NCBI RefSeq assembly: GCF_027484705.1
Contig: NZ_JAIXSL010000020.1
Span: forward strand, 18,172 to 82,171
Origin: Flavobacterium sp.
GTDB taxonomy: Bacteria > Bacteroidota > Bacteroidia > Flavobacteriales > Flavobacteriaceae
Direction of reading: 5' to 3'
Length of the DNA stretch: 64,000 nt
In this document: positions 49,296-59,582 of the stretch, one piece after another
Numbering within the stretch: position 1 is the stretch's first letter
Layout of the letters: each line of letters opens with the position of its first letter
Made by a program: the position numbers and the translations under genes
The notes under the pieces: model-generated
Told to the model about the DNA's origin: nothing
Databases searched by the model: none
Seen by the model: the letters and a program-made list of their open reading frames with translations, nothing else

Positions 49296-50813
49296 ATGGA
49301 AACCTACAATTACTCGGATTTAAAAATTCTAGAAGAAAAGAATAGTCTTTATAAGAAACTATTATTCCAATCGCCAGACTTAATTTTTCAGTTTTCGATA
49401 GCTAAAGACGGAAAGCTTACCTTTCCATTCTTGAGCAAATCGGTGATTACGCATTTTGATTTGCATCACGGAGAAAAAAACAAAGACGCATACACGGTTT
49501 TAAAAAGCAAAATCCATCATGATGATTTTCCGCAGTTTTTGAAATCAGTGCTCGAAGCCAAATCCAAACTCAAAGACTGGAAACACGAATTCCGCGCGAT
49601 GTTACCCCAGAAAGGAATGCGATGGTATAGCGGTTACGCAAGTCTGGAAAAAACCGAAGACGGAACGGTTCATTTTTTTGGAAAAATTACCGATGTTACC
49701 CACTTTAAGCAGCAGGAACTTCAATTAAAATTATCGGAAGAGCGGTATCTTTTTGCGCTTGAAGCTTCTTCGGAAGGCATCTGGGATTTAGACGTCGCTT
49801 CCAACAAGGTTTTCTATTCTTCACAATCCATGAAAATGCTCGAATTTGATGCGCATGATACCATTGAATCGATTAATTTATGGGACGACCGCGTGCATCC
49901 ACAAGATAAAAATCGTTATCTGACTGATATCCAGTTGCACATTGACAATGTCACACCGTATTATGAAAATGCCCAACGTGTACTTACGAAATCCGGAGAA
50001 TACAAATGGATTTTGAGCCGTGGAAAAATTATAGAACGAGATGAAAATAATAATCCACTGAGAATCATCGGAACGCACACTGATATTTCAGCCCAAAAAG
50101 AAAAAGAGGAAGATATGATCAGAACGCTCGGAATTATCGGAGAACAAAACAGCCGATTGTTGAATTTCGCACATATTGTTTCCCACAACCTTCGTTCACA
50201 TTCTGGAAATATCCAGATGCTGCTCAACATTATTGCAGAAGAAACCGATGAGGATTTTATCAAAGAAAGTTTCAATCACCTGCGTACTTCGTCTAAATCT
50301 TTGTCACAAACGATAGAACATCTCAAAGAATTGGTCGAAATTCAATCAGATTTGGTACAGAAAAAGGAAAATCTAAACCTTAGCAATTATCTCGGAAAAA
50401 CCCTAGATATTCTGGCTGAGGAGATTAAAAGCAATAAAGTTATCATTCAAAATAAAGTGTGCGAAAAAGAAACAATTGTATTCAATCCTGCTTATTTGGA
50501 GAGTATTCTTCTTAACTTTACGTCCAATGCGATTCGTTATGCGCATCCAGATAGGACACCAACCATTAGCTATTCCTTGACTTCGAATAAATATCATAAA
50601 ATTCTTGAAATTGAGGATAACGGTTTGGGGATTAATTTAGAAAAACACGGTAAAAAATTATTTGGAATGTATAAGACGTTTCACAAGCATAAAGATTCCA
50701 GAGGTATCGGTTTGTTTATCACAAAAAACCAGATTGAAGCTATGGGCGGGAAAGTAGATGTTAGCAGCCAAGTCGGAATAGGTACTACTTTTAAAATATA
50801 TTTCAATGAGTAA
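49296..50813 (+). CDS. Cytoplasmic PAS-domain sensor histidine kinase
   Basis: Two PAS/PAC regions (EGIWD, VHPQD, WILSRG); H-box SHNLRS; N-box SNAIRY; DNGLGI; GIGLFI; no TM segment. Confidence 0.92.
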   Translation: METYNYSDLKILEEKNSLYKKLLFQSPDLIFQFSIAKDGKLTFPFLSKSVITHFDLHHGEKNKDAYTVLKSKIHHDDFPQFLKSVLEAKSKLKDWKHEFRAMLPQKGMRWYSGYASLEKTEDGTVHFFGKITDVTHFKQQELQLKLSEERYLFALEASSEGIWDLDVASNKVFYSSQSMKMLEFDAHDTIESINLWDDRVHPQDKNRYLTDIQLHIDNVTPYYENAQRVLTKSGEYKWILSRGKIIERDENNNPLRIIGTHTDISAQKEKEEDMIRTLGIIGEQNSRLLNFAHIVSHNLRSHSGNIQMLLNIIAEETDEDFIKESFNHLRTSSKSLSQTIEHLKELVEIQSDLVQKKENLNLSNYLGKTLDILAEEIKSNKVIIQNKVCEKETIVFNPAYLESILLNFTSNAIRYAHPDRTPTISYSLTSNKYHKILEIEDNGLGINLEKHGKKLFGMYKTFHKHKDSRGIGLFITKNQIEAMGGKVDVSSQVGIGTTFKIYFNE

Positions 50814-51204
50814 GTTTAATGATGTATTTGTAATTGATGATGATAAAGTCTTCCATTTTATCATTAAGAAATTATTTTCCAAAAATAATATTGACATTAA
50901 TCCTTCTTTTTATCTCAACGGATTGGAAGCTATAGAAAAGATCAGAGAGAAAATTGATATGGGCGTAACGATGCCCGATTTGATTCTCTTAGACATCAAT
51001 ATGCCGATCATGGACGGTTGGCAATTCCTCGATGAATTCAGAAAAACAAGAACGACTACTACTACCAATGGGCAAACGATCATTTATTTGGTGAGCTCTT
51101 CGGACAGCATATCCGACATCAATAAAGCAAAGGAATACCAAGATCAGGTGAAAGATTATTTTTTCAAACCCATGTCCCTAGAGGATTTGAGAAAGATATT
51201 CTAA
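50806..51204 (+). CDS. Single-domain (CheY-like) response regulator
   Basis: VIDDD, ILLDINMP.MDGW.FL, VSSS, FFKP; overlaps the kinase stop. Confidence 0.93.
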   Translation: MSKFNDVFVIDDDKVFHFIIKKLFSKNNIDINPSFYLNGLEAIEKIREKIDMGVTMPDLILLDINMPIMDGWQFLDEFRKTRTTTTTNGQTIIYLVSSSDSISDINKAKEYQDQVKDYFFKPMSLEDLRKIF

Positions 51205-51206
51205 AT

Positions 51207-51237
51207 AAAAAAGCACTTCAATCGAAGTGCTTTTTTT
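51207..51237. terminator. Bidirectional terminator (response regulator / rny)
   Basis: AAAAAAGCACTTC-AATC-GAAGTGCTTTTTTT. Confidence 0.9.
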
Positions 51238-51254
51238 ATAGTTCTAATCGAGAA

Positions 51255-52817
51255 TTATTTTGCGATATTGACAGCTCTGGTTTCCCTGATTACTGTCACT
51301 TTTACTTGTCCCGGATAAGTCATCTCGGTTTGAATTTTCTGTGAAATTTCAAATGAAAGCTGTGCTGCATTATCATCAGACACTTTTTCACTTTCGACAA
51401 TCACACGCAATTCTCTACCGGCCTGGATCGCATAGGCATTTTTCACACCGCTGAATCCGAAAGCCACTTCTTCCAAATCTTTCAAACGCTGGATGTAAGA
51501 ATCCAAAACCTGACGACGCGCGCCCGGTCTTGCACCTGAAATCGCATCACAAACCTGAACGATTGGCGACAACAATGACTTCATTTCAATCTCATCGTGG
51601 TGCGCTCCGATCGCGTTGCAAACTTCTTCTTTCTCACCGTATTTCTCGGCCCATTGCATCCCCAATAAAGCGTGTGGTAAATCACTTTCGGTATCGGGCA
51701 CTTTTCCGATATCGTGTAACAATCCGGCTCTTTTTGCGAGTTTTACATTCAATCCTAATTCTGCGGCCATAATTCCGCAAAGCTTAGAAACTTCACGCGA
51801 GTGTTGCAATAAATTTTGTCCGTAGGATGAACGGTATTTCATTCGGCCTACGACTTTAATCAATTCAGGATGCAACGCATGAATTCCTAAATCAATAACC
51901 GTACGTTTTCCTACTTCAATAATTTCATCATCGATTTGTTTAGCAGTTTTGGCTACGACTTCTTCGATACGCGCCGGGTGAATACGTCCGTCGGTCACCA
52001 ACTTGTGTAATGACAAACGCGCGATTTCTCGACGTACTGGATCAAAACAAGAAAGGATAATCGCTTCCGGAGTATCGTCTACAATGATTTCCACACCGGT
52101 GGCGGCTTCTAAAGCGCGGATATTTCTACCTTCACGGCCAATAATTCTACCTTTCACATCATCAGATTCGATGTTGAACACGGAAACGCAATTTTCAACG
52201 GCTTCCTCAGTTCCGATTCTTTGAATCGTATTAATGATGATTTTCTTGGCTTCTTGTTGTGCGGTGAGTTTTGCTTCTTCAATCGTGTCCTGAATTTGCG
52301 CCATCGCTTTGGTTTTCGCTTCAGCTTTCAAGCCTTCCATCAACTGTTCTTTGGCATCTTCAGCCGACAAACCTGAAATCACTTCCAATTGGTTGAGCTG
52401 GCTTTTGTGCATGCGATCAACCTCTTGTTGTTTCTTTTCTAAAACCTCAATTTTCGTTTGGTATTCGTTGGTTTTGGCTTCGTAATCGTCGTTGATTTTT
52501 TTGGCTTTGGCCAATTCGTTAGAAACTAAGGATTCTTTATCGCGGACTCTTTTTTCGACTTCCGCCATTTTTTTATCTCTGGAAAGAATGACTTGTTCGT
52601 GCTCTGCCTTAAGTTCGATGAATTTTTCTTTGGCCTGAAGCATCTTGTCTTTTTTGATGTTCTCAGCCTCGATGTTCGCGTCTTTCAAAATGGAAGCGGC
52701 TTCCTTTTTCGAGTTCTTGATCAGGTTCGATACGTTTTTCTTTTCGATGATTTTTGATATTCCGAAACCACCTGCAATTCCGACTATCCCGGAAATTAGT
52801 ATTGTTAAAATGTCCAT
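51255..52817 (-). CDS. rny: Ribonuclease Y
   Basis: N-terminal TM, coiled coil, KH ([16 protein letters not shown]), HD ([12 protein letters not shown]); start ATG 52817. Confidence 0.96.
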   Translation of the reverse strand: MDILTILISGIVGIAGGFGISKIIEKKNVSNLIKNSKKEAASILKDANIEAENIKKDKMLQAKEKFIELKAEHEQVILSRDKKMAEVEKRVRDKESLVSNELAKAKKINDDYEAKTNEYQTKIEVLEKKQQEVDRMHKSQLNQLEVISGLSAEDAKEQLMEGLKAEAKTKAMAQIQDTIEEAKLTAQQEAKKIIINTIQRIGTEEAVENCVSVFNIESDDVKGRIIGREGRNIRALEAATGVEIIVDDTPEAIILSCFDPVRREIARLSLHKLVTDGRIHPARIEEVVAKTAKQIDDEIIEVGKRTVIDLGIHALHPELIKVVGRMKYRSSYGQNLLQHSREVSKLCGIMAAELGLNVKLAKRAGLLHDIGKVPDTESDLPHALLGMQWAEKYGEKEEVCNAIGAHHDEIEMKSLLSPIVQVCDAISGARPGARRQVLDSYIQRLKDLEEVAFGFSGVKNAYAIQAGRELRVIVESEKVSDDNAAQLSFEISQKIQTEMTYPGQVKVTVIRETRAVNIAK

Positions 52818-52844
52818 GTTTGTTAAATTAATTATATAAAAAAA

Positions 52845-52998
52845 GCCTACATTAGGTTGAATGTATAAACTCGAAAAGACAAGTTTTGAGCTCACTCGTT
52901 GTTCAAGCTTCCGTACTGAAACGGCTTGCTATAGTAACGATGATTTGCTCATTCTAATTTGTTAGTGTTGAGTTTACCAAATAGTAACTAATGTAGGC
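52845..52998 (-). ncRNA. ssrS: 6S RNA (Flavobacteria type)
   Basis: Closing stem GCCTACATTAG(52845-55)/CTAATGTAGGC(52988-98); central bubble; inner stem TAAACTC(52866-72)/GAGTTTA(52970-76); position between zapA and rny is the known 6S context. Confidence 0.8.
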
Positions 52999-53026
52999 AG
53001 TATTTTAGTCTATGTTTAAGAACGTA

Positions 53027-53320
53027 TTATTTATCGAGATAGCTGATCAGCAGGTTGTTGATTTTTTTGATTCGTTCCATGGTTTCTTTGCCATCAATCG
53101 AATTATCAATTTGCTTTTGTTCCAGCTGCGAGGCAAACTGTAAGGCGCACATCGCCAATACATCCTGTTTGTCCCGAACGGCATAATTTTCTTCAAATTG
53201 CTTGATCATCAAATCAATCTTTTTCGAAGCACTTCGCAATCCTTCTTCCTGCGATAGTTCTACCGTTAGCGGATAGACCCTGTCGGCGATTGATAATTTA
53301 ATCTTAAGCTTATCGTCCAT
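53027..53320 (-). CDS. zapA: Cell division protein ZapA
   Basis: IKLSIADRVYPL, EE.LR.A...I, D.QDVLAMCAL. Confidence 0.92.
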   Translation of the reverse strand: MDDKLKIKLSIADRVYPLTVELSQEEGLRSASKKIDLMIKQFEENYAVRDKQDVLAMCALQFASQLEQKQIDNSIDGKETMERIKKINNLLISYLDK

Positions 53321-53328
53321 ATGTTTTA

Positions 53329-53619
53329 CTAATCAGATAGCTGTGCTATACAGTAATCAATTTCACGAATCAATGAATTTATTTTTAGCTTGGTATCTCT
53401 TTTGTTTTCTTCGCTGCCCAATAATGAATTGGTAATTTTTAATGATTCGTACTGCTTTTTCAAAACATCCATGTCTTTGGATTGTTGTTGAATAACCGTT
53501 GTAGCTTTTTGCAACTCTTCCTTTAACTGGGCTGAAGTTTGCTCTAATTGGTCTATTTTGTTAAATAGTTTTTGGAGCCTACTTTCAAGAGTATCAATAA
53601 TTTCTACAATTTCACTCAT
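53329..53619 (-). CDS. Coiled-coil protein (ZapB-like) upstream of zapA
   Basis: 96 aa of heptad repeats; KLKINSLIREIDYCIAQL; promoter TAACTTTG 53656-53649. Confidence 0.7.
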   Translation of the reverse strand: MSEIVEIIDTLESRLQKLFNKIDQLEQTSAQLKEELQKATTVIQQQSKDMDVLKKQYESLKITNSLLGSEENKRDTKLKINSLIREIDYCIAQLSD

Positions 53620-53812
53620 TATAAATACTGGTTCATTACTAATCTCAACAAAGTTAACATTCCAAACGAATTAAACCAATACTTTTTCTAAAATTTTCCC
53701 GCATCGGAATTTATCCGATTCAAACATTTGAAAAATAAACAGTTATAGGATTTTGTAAAAAAATGACACGACTTATTTCGATTTTTTTTACCTTAGCCAA
53801 AAGCTTTATACG

Positions 53813-55504
53813 ATGAAATTTTTATTTGCACTTTTGATTTTTTACACGCCGATTTTCTCTCAAAACAATTACCCAAAAGATTACTTCCGACCGCCATTGG
53901 ATATTCCGATGCAACTCGCGGGCAATTTCGGCGAATTACGACCCAATCATTTTCACGCAGGATTCGATTTCCGAACCCAACAGAAAGAAGGACTGATCGT
54001 TCACGCTGTGGGCGACGGTTATGTTTCGAGGATTAAGATCTCGACTTTCGGTTACGGGAAAGCTATTTACATCACACATCCTAATGGTTACACTTCGGTT
54101 TACGGACACCTTCAAAAAGGGTACGGCAAAATCGAGGAGTTCATCAAAACCGAACATTACAAACAACAATCCTACGAAATCGAGTTTTTTCCCAATCCCG
54201 AAGATTTGCCCGTAAAAAAAGGCGATACGATTGCCATTTCCGGAAATACCGGAGGTTCTGAAGGGCCACATTTGCATTTCGAATTCCGCGATACGCAGAC
54301 GGAAAAAATCATCAATCCGATGTTTTTCGGTTTCGATGCGTTGATGACCGATACCAAAAAGCCGGCAATTTCAAGCTTACTTGTTTATCCAATCGGCGAC
54401 AACAGTATTGCTAATGAATCCAAAAGACCGATTATGGTCAACTTGGCTTTGCAGGCGGATGGCAATTATATTGCAGAAAAAGTAGCGGCGATGGGCAATA
54501 TCGGTTTTGGGATCATTTGCGGCGATTTCGACAATGTTTCCTACAACAATAATGGCGTTTTCGGTGTGCAGACTTCTGTGAACGGCAGCCCGAATTTCAG
54601 CTATGAATTCAATACGTTAGCGTTTGATGAAGGCCGATACGTGAATGCTTTGATCGATTTCCCCAGATACAAAACTACACACCAGCGCGTCCAGAAATTG
54701 TTCATGCGCAATCCATACAATCTTAGCATTATCCGCACCGACAATCGCAACGGAATTTTGGAAGTGCTTCCGAATTTTTCGCAGATTTACAAAATTGAAG
54801 TCGCAGATTTTTACGGCAACAAGACTTCAATTTTAATTCCGATTGAATACCAGCAGCAAACCGCATTGATTTCGGAACAAACTGTTAAAACAAACTATCT
54901 TTTAAAAGCCAATACAGATAACAACTACGAAAAAGAAAATATGAGTGTCTTTTTCCCAGCGCGTACTTTTTATGAAGATTTCTATATCAACTTTGATGTG
55001 AAAGACAAAATCATGACGGTGCACAATGATCTGGTTCCGGTGCACAGCAATTTCAAAGTTACTATTACAGATTCGACGGTAGTTAATAAAGAAAAGACAT
55101 TCATCGCCTCGCTCGAAGGAAAAAGAAAAATATACAACAGCACCAAACTTACCGGCAACACTTTTACGGCTTACACCAAAAATCTCGGACAGTTTGCATT
55201 GGCCTTGGATACGATTGCACCTAAAATTTCGATAGCAAAATCGATTGAGGGGAAATCTATCGATAAGGAAAAAAACATCAGTTTCAGAATCAGTGACGAT
55301 TTGTCCGGCATCAAATCTTACAATGGTTTCATCAATGAAAAATGGGTGTTGTTTGAATATGACAATAAATCCGCTAGGCTAACTTATCCAATTAATGAGA
55401 CCGAATTGCTCGAAGGGAAAAATGAATTAAAATTGATAGTTTCCGATAATCTTGGAAATTCTGCTATCTTTGAAACATCATTTTTTAGAAGTCAAAAAAA
55501 ATAA
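53813..55504 (+). CDS. M23 family metallopeptidase, exported
   Basis: Signal peptide; HFHAGFDF (HxxxD), YGHL, GNTGGSEGPHLHFE. Confidence 0.92.
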   Translation: MKFLFALLIFYTPIFSQNNYPKDYFRPPLDIPMQLAGNFGELRPNHFHAGFDFRTQQKEGLIVHAVGDGYVSRIKISTFGYGKAIYITHPNGYTSVYGHLQKGYGKIEEFIKTEHYKQQSYEIEFFPNPEDLPVKKGDTIAISGNTGGSEGPHLHFEFRDTQTEKIINPMFFGFDALMTDTKKPAISSLLVYPIGDNSIANESKRPIMVNLALQADGNYIAEKVAAMGNIGFGIICGDFDNVSYNNNGVFGVQTSVNGSPNFSYEFNTLAFDEGRYVNALIDFPRYKTTHQRVQKLFMRNPYNLSIIRTDNRNGILEVLPNFSQIYKIEVADFYGNKTSILIPIEYQQQTALISEQTVKTNYLLKANTDNNYEKENMSVFFPARTFYEDFYINFDVKDKIMTVHNDLVPVHSNFKVTITDSTVVNKEKTFIASLEGKRKIYNSTKLTGNTFTAYTKNLGQFALALDTIAPKISIAKSIEGKSIDKEKNISFRISDDLSGIKSYNGFINEKWVLFEYDNKSARLTYPINETELLEGKNELKLIVSDNLGNSAIFETSFFRSQKK

Positions 55505-55515
55505 AATCGAAGCTA

Positions 55516-57996
55516 TTGAAAACGAATGCATTTCAACTTTCCATCCTTTTTTTCTTTATAGGATTGGTCAGTTTTGCCCAGACCGCAAGAGTTAAAGGAA
55601 TCATACTCGACGAAAATAACAAACCTGTCGAAGAAGTCAATGTGGTTGCAAACGATAAAAGTACCAAAACTAACGAGAATGGTTTTTACCAAATTACCGT
55701 CCCTGCGAACCAAAAAGTTCAGATTGTTTTCACCCATACCTCGCTCAAAAAAAATACGGTAACCGTTGAACTGAAGCCTAATGAAGATTATGAATTTAAT
55801 CTCGTCATGAATGATAAAGCGGAAGGTTTGGGTGAAGTCATCGTGATTGCCAACAACCGAAAACGCGTGCAAGGCGTTACTACCATTGAGCCCGCGGTCA
55901 TCAGAAAAATACCTGGAGCCAATGCGGGCGTTGAGAACATTTTGAAATCATTACCGGGAGTCAGTTCCAACAACGAATTGAGCACGCAGTATGCGGTTCG
56001 CGGCGGGAATTATGATGAAAATCTTGTGTATGTCAACGAAATAGAAATCTATCGTCCGTTCCTAATTCGTTCCGGGCAACAGGAAGGATTGAGTTTTACT
56101 AACACAGATATGGTGCAAAACATCGATTTCTCTGCTGGTGGATTTCAAGCCAAATTCGGCGACAAATTATCTTCAGTGCTTGATATTACTTACAGAAGAC
56201 CTACAAAATTCGGAGCTTCCATGGATGCGAGTTTTCTTGGCGGCGCGGTTTCAGTGGAAGCCGTTTCCAAAAATCAAAAATGGGCTGCTATTACCGGAGT
56301 GCGTTATCGCGACAACAGCCTTTTGGTCAACAGTCAGGAAACCCAGACCAATTTCAAACCGACTTTTGCCGATGTGCAGACCAACGTGACATACAATCCC
56401 AATACGAAATGGCAGTTCAGCTTTTTGGGTAATATTTCGCAGAACAAATACAATTACCAGCCATTGACGCGCCAGACGAATTTCGGAACCATTTCGGAAC
56501 CGATTGCTTTGCAGGTTTTTTATCAAGGCCAGGAAAAAGACCGTTACGACACGTTTTTCGGAGCGCTGAAAACGACCTATAAAGTCAATGACAATTTTAC
56601 TTTGAAGTTTATAGGATCTGCTTACCACACTTTAGAACAGGAATATTTCGACATTTTCGCGCAGTATGCTTTGGGTGAAGTCGATGGCAATATCGGTTCG
56701 GAAACTTTTGGCGACGTTACTTACAGCCGAGCTATCGGAACGCAATTGAACCACGCGAGAAATGACCTTGACGCGCTGATTGTCAACGCAGAAGTCAAAG
56801 GTTTTCATGACATCAAAAAGCATCAGGTAGAATGGGGTTTCAAATACACACGCGAAGACATTCGCGACCGTATCGTAGAGTGGGAAGTGATTGATTCTGC
56901 GGGATTTTCGTTGAATCCGCCAAGATTACCTTCAGGGCTTGAATTGCCCACCAATGACCAACCCTACAACGCCTACACCGGGCCTCTAGTTCCTTACCAA
57001 AATGTACGCGCCAAGAATTTTGTTACGATTGACAGGTTATCGGGTTACGGACAATGGAGTTTAAAAGACAAATTAGGATCTAGTGACGTTTGGTATAATG
57101 CCGGTGTAAGGTTTCATCAATGGCAGGTTTCGGGCGACAACATCAATGGCGACAGTCAGATCGTTTTTAGTCCGCGGGCGCAGTTTGCCATTAAACCCGA
57201 TTGGGAAAAAGATGTCGTTTTCAGGGTTTCTGGAGGTTATTATTACCAACCGCCTTTTTATCGGGAACTCAGGGATAAGACAGGCACAGTGCAGCCGAAT
57301 GTCAAAGCGCAATCTGCCTTGCATCTGGTGTTGAGCAGCGATTACAGTTTCAAAATGTGGGACAGACCGTTCAAAATGGTAGCCGAAGCTTATTACAAAT
57401 CACTGACTGATGTCAATCCGTACACTTTAGAAAATGTCCGTATTCGCTATGCCGCAAACAACAACGCCACGGCTTTCGCACAAGGTCTTGATTTAAGGCT
57501 GAATGGTGAATTCGTTCCCGGAACAGAATCCTGGTTCAGTTTCAGTTATTTGAAAACCAAAGAAAATATTGATAACAAAGGCGATATCGCAAGACCAACG
57601 GACCAACGTTTTAAGTTCGCGATTTTGTTCCAGGATTATATGCCGAACATTCCGAGTGTGAAGATTTACCTCAATTTGGTTTACAATACCGGATTGCCTG
57701 GCGGTTCGCCATCCTACGCAGATCCTTATGTGTATCAGTCAAGACTGCGTGATTACCGACGTGTAGACACTGGGTTTTCTTATGTGTTTACTGAAAAAAA
57801 TGCCTCCAGACGCGAAGGGCACTGGCTTAGGAAATTCAAAGATTTTTCTTTAGGTTTTGAAATCTTCAACATGTTCAACAATCAGAATGCCATCACCAAT
57901 ACTTGGGTCAGAGATGTCTATACCAAGAACCAATACGGAATTCCAAATTATTTGACCACGCGCGTTTTCAATCTCAAACTATCGATAAGATTGTAG
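55516..57996 (+). CDS. TonB-dependent receptor-like outer-membrane protein
   Basis: Signal peptide, carboxypeptidase-regulatory N-domain, plug (VRGGNYDENLVYVN), barrel ending FNLKLSIRL; TTG start. Confidence 0.88.
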   Translation: MKTNAFQLSILFFFIGLVSFAQTARVKGIILDENNKPVEEVNVVANDKSTKTNENGFYQITVPANQKVQIVFTHTSLKKNTVTVELKPNEDYEFNLVMNDKAEGLGEVIVIANNRKRVQGVTTIEPAVIRKIPGANAGVENILKSLPGVSSNNELSTQYAVRGGNYDENLVYVNEIEIYRPFLIRSGQQEGLSFTNTDMVQNIDFSAGGFQAKFGDKLSSVLDITYRRPTKFGASMDASFLGGAVSVEAVSKNQKWAAITGVRYRDNSLLVNSQETQTNFKPTFADVQTNVTYNPNTKWQFSFLGNISQNKYNYQPLTRQTNFGTISEPIALQVFYQGQEKDRYDTFFGALKTTYKVNDNFTLKFIGSAYHTLEQEYFDIFAQYALGEVDGNIGSETFGDVTYSRAIGTQLNHARNDLDALIVNAEVKGFHDIKKHQVEWGFKYTREDIRDRIVEWEVIDSAGFSLNPPRLPSGLELPTNDQPYNAYTGPLVPYQNVRAKNFVTIDRLSGYGQWSLKDKLGSSDVWYNAGVRFHQWQVSGDNINGDSQIVFSPRAQFAIKPDWEKDVVFRVSGGYYYQPPFYRELRDKTGTVQPNVKAQSALHLVLSSDYSFKMWDRPFKMVAEAYYKSLTDVNPYTLENVRIRYAANNNATAFAQGLDLRLNGEFVPGTESWFSFSYLKTKENIDNKGDIARPTDQRFKFAILFQDYMPNIPSVKIYLNLVYNTGLPGGSPSYADPYVYQSRLRDYRRVDTGFSYVFTEKNASRREGHWLRKFKDFSLGFEIFNMFNNQNAITNTWVRDVYTKNQYGIPNYLTTRVFNLKLSIRL

Positions 57997-58033
57997 TATT
58001 AATTTGTTATTTTTGATCATTAAATCATACCAC

Positions 58034-58759
58034 ATGAAAGGTCTCTTAAAAATAGTTTCTTGTAGCGTTTTTGTACTGCTTATTGGCTGTAAGAAGGAAA
58101 CGGAAATGCCTAAAGTGATTTATGAAAATCCGTCTAAAACAGCCGCGCAACCCAAAGCCGATACGACTAAAATTGAAGTAGCCGATTTGCCGGTGCAAAT
58201 GCAAGGAACCAATGTTTTGCTTTTTCCAGTAGGCGATCTGAATGTCAGCGAACGCAATTCGAAAGGCGCTTACGATGCTTCTTCCAATGTCAACAAACAA
58301 AGTTTTAAGATTTCGAATTACAGCGAAAACGAGATTACGGGTTATTTGCGTAACATCAAATTCCAACAAATCGGAACCGATTCGATTACTGCGCTAACCG
58401 ACAAACCGGTTTTGATTCAATCGGTCACTTATCTCAAAACCATTGCCGACAAAACCAAACAACAGGTTTTGGTTTACATGCTCGCCGATATGGACACCAA
58501 CAAAGACAACGTTTTAGATACCAATGATATTCAGTCCTTGTATTTGAGCGATATTTCCGGAACGCGTTTCACAAAAATGTCCGCGGATTTTCAGGAAGTT
58601 GTAGACTGGAACGTGATTGATTCTAAAAGCAGGTTGTATTTCAGAACGATTGAAGATGCCAATAAAAATGGCGCTTTCGATAAGAATGATGTCATACATT
58701 ACCATTTCATCGATTTGGCTTCGAAAGACTGGAAAGTGTCGGATTACCAATTGAATTAA
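58034..58759 (+). CDS. Lipoprotein of unknown function with EF-hand-like loops
   Basis: Lipobox LIGC followed by KKETE; DTNKDNVLD and DANKNGAFD loops; promoter TATTTTTG 58008-58015. Confidence 0.75.
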   Translation: MKGLLKIVSCSVFVLLIGCKKETEMPKVIYENPSKTAAQPKADTTKIEVADLPVQMQGTNVLLFPVGDLNVSERNSKGAYDASSNVNKQSFKISNYSENEITGYLRNIKFQQIGTDSITALTDKPVLIQSVTYLKTIADKTKQQVLVYMLADMDTNKDNVLDTNDIQSLYLSDISGTRFTKMSADFQEVVDWNVIDSKSRLYFRTIEDANKNGAFDKNDVIHYHFIDLASKDWKVSDYQLN

Positions 58760-58823
58760 AGAAAATACCAATATTCACAAAGCCGCAGAGAACCTCACTT
58801 TGTGGTTTTTTTGTGGAAATATT

Positions 58824-59525
58824 TTAGATCAGGATATCGCTTTCCAGATCTGATTTTTCAATTTCGAAATTAAATCCGAGTCTTTTTACCAATTCGATCA
58901 CAAGATTTTTGTACCAGTTTTCGGATTTGGGATGAATGTAGATTTTTTCAATCAGTTGGTTGATGTCGATGTCGATCTTGAGTCCGTTGTCAATCTTCAT
59001 TTGATGCGCTGTCACATCCGAAATGATGCGGATTTCACGTTCGTACTGGAAACTTTTTCGTTTGAACAGAAACGGGAAGAAGTCATTTTCAAACGGAATG
59101 TATTCTTTCTTATAATCGATGTAATTGACTTCACCGATATGCTGCGCATAAGTCGTTTCTATTGATAGCGCTTGCTGCAAACGCCCGACGGTAGATTGGA
59201 TCGCTAGGCCTTCGCTTTTCTGCGTAAAAATCTGCCACATCGCAAACGATTCGTATTCGTTGATGTGCCAGCTGCTGATCACTACATTTTCGCGGTGCGT
59301 TTTGTAATAATCTAAAAAGTCAGGATTGTTGATCGATAATTTTTTGATTTCCTCAAAAGTCGGTTCGCTGAAAGTGCCTTCGTATTGGTCTTCGAACTTG
59401 TCGGAACGCGACATGAAGAGTTTTCGGTACAACAGCAAATCGACAAATTTCGACAAGTCTAAGTATTTCCAGACAATGGTGTCGGGATCGGTAGGTAACT
59501 TAATATTGCTGTCGTCGATATACAT
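58824..59525 (-). CDS. DUF2971-like protein
   Basis: WKY...KF, L.MS....EDQYEG, ISSW, ES.AMW..F, V.Y, KR.SFQYEREIR. Confidence 0.65.
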   Translation of the reverse strand: MYIDDSNIKLPTDPDTIVWKYLDLSKFVDLLLYRKLFMSRSDKFEDQYEGTFSEPTFEEIKKLSINNPDFLDYYKTHRENVVISSWHINEYESFAMWQIFTQKSEGLAIQSTVGRLQQALSIETTYAQHIGEVNYIDYKKEYIPFENDFFPFLFKRKSFQYEREIRIISDVTAHQMKIDNGLKIDIDINQLIEKIYIHPKSENWYKNLVIELVKRLGFNFEIEKSDLESDILI

Positions 59526-59582
59526 ATTCCAATATTGAGTTTATAGAAGTTCACGCGAATTAATCTGTGGCAATCGGTGTTA

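Noticed and set aside
58775-58812. Hairpin CACAAAG...CTTTGTG between the lipoprotein and DUF2971-like genes
   Set aside because: Probably a terminator, but the stem is short and irregular, so it was not listed as a feature.
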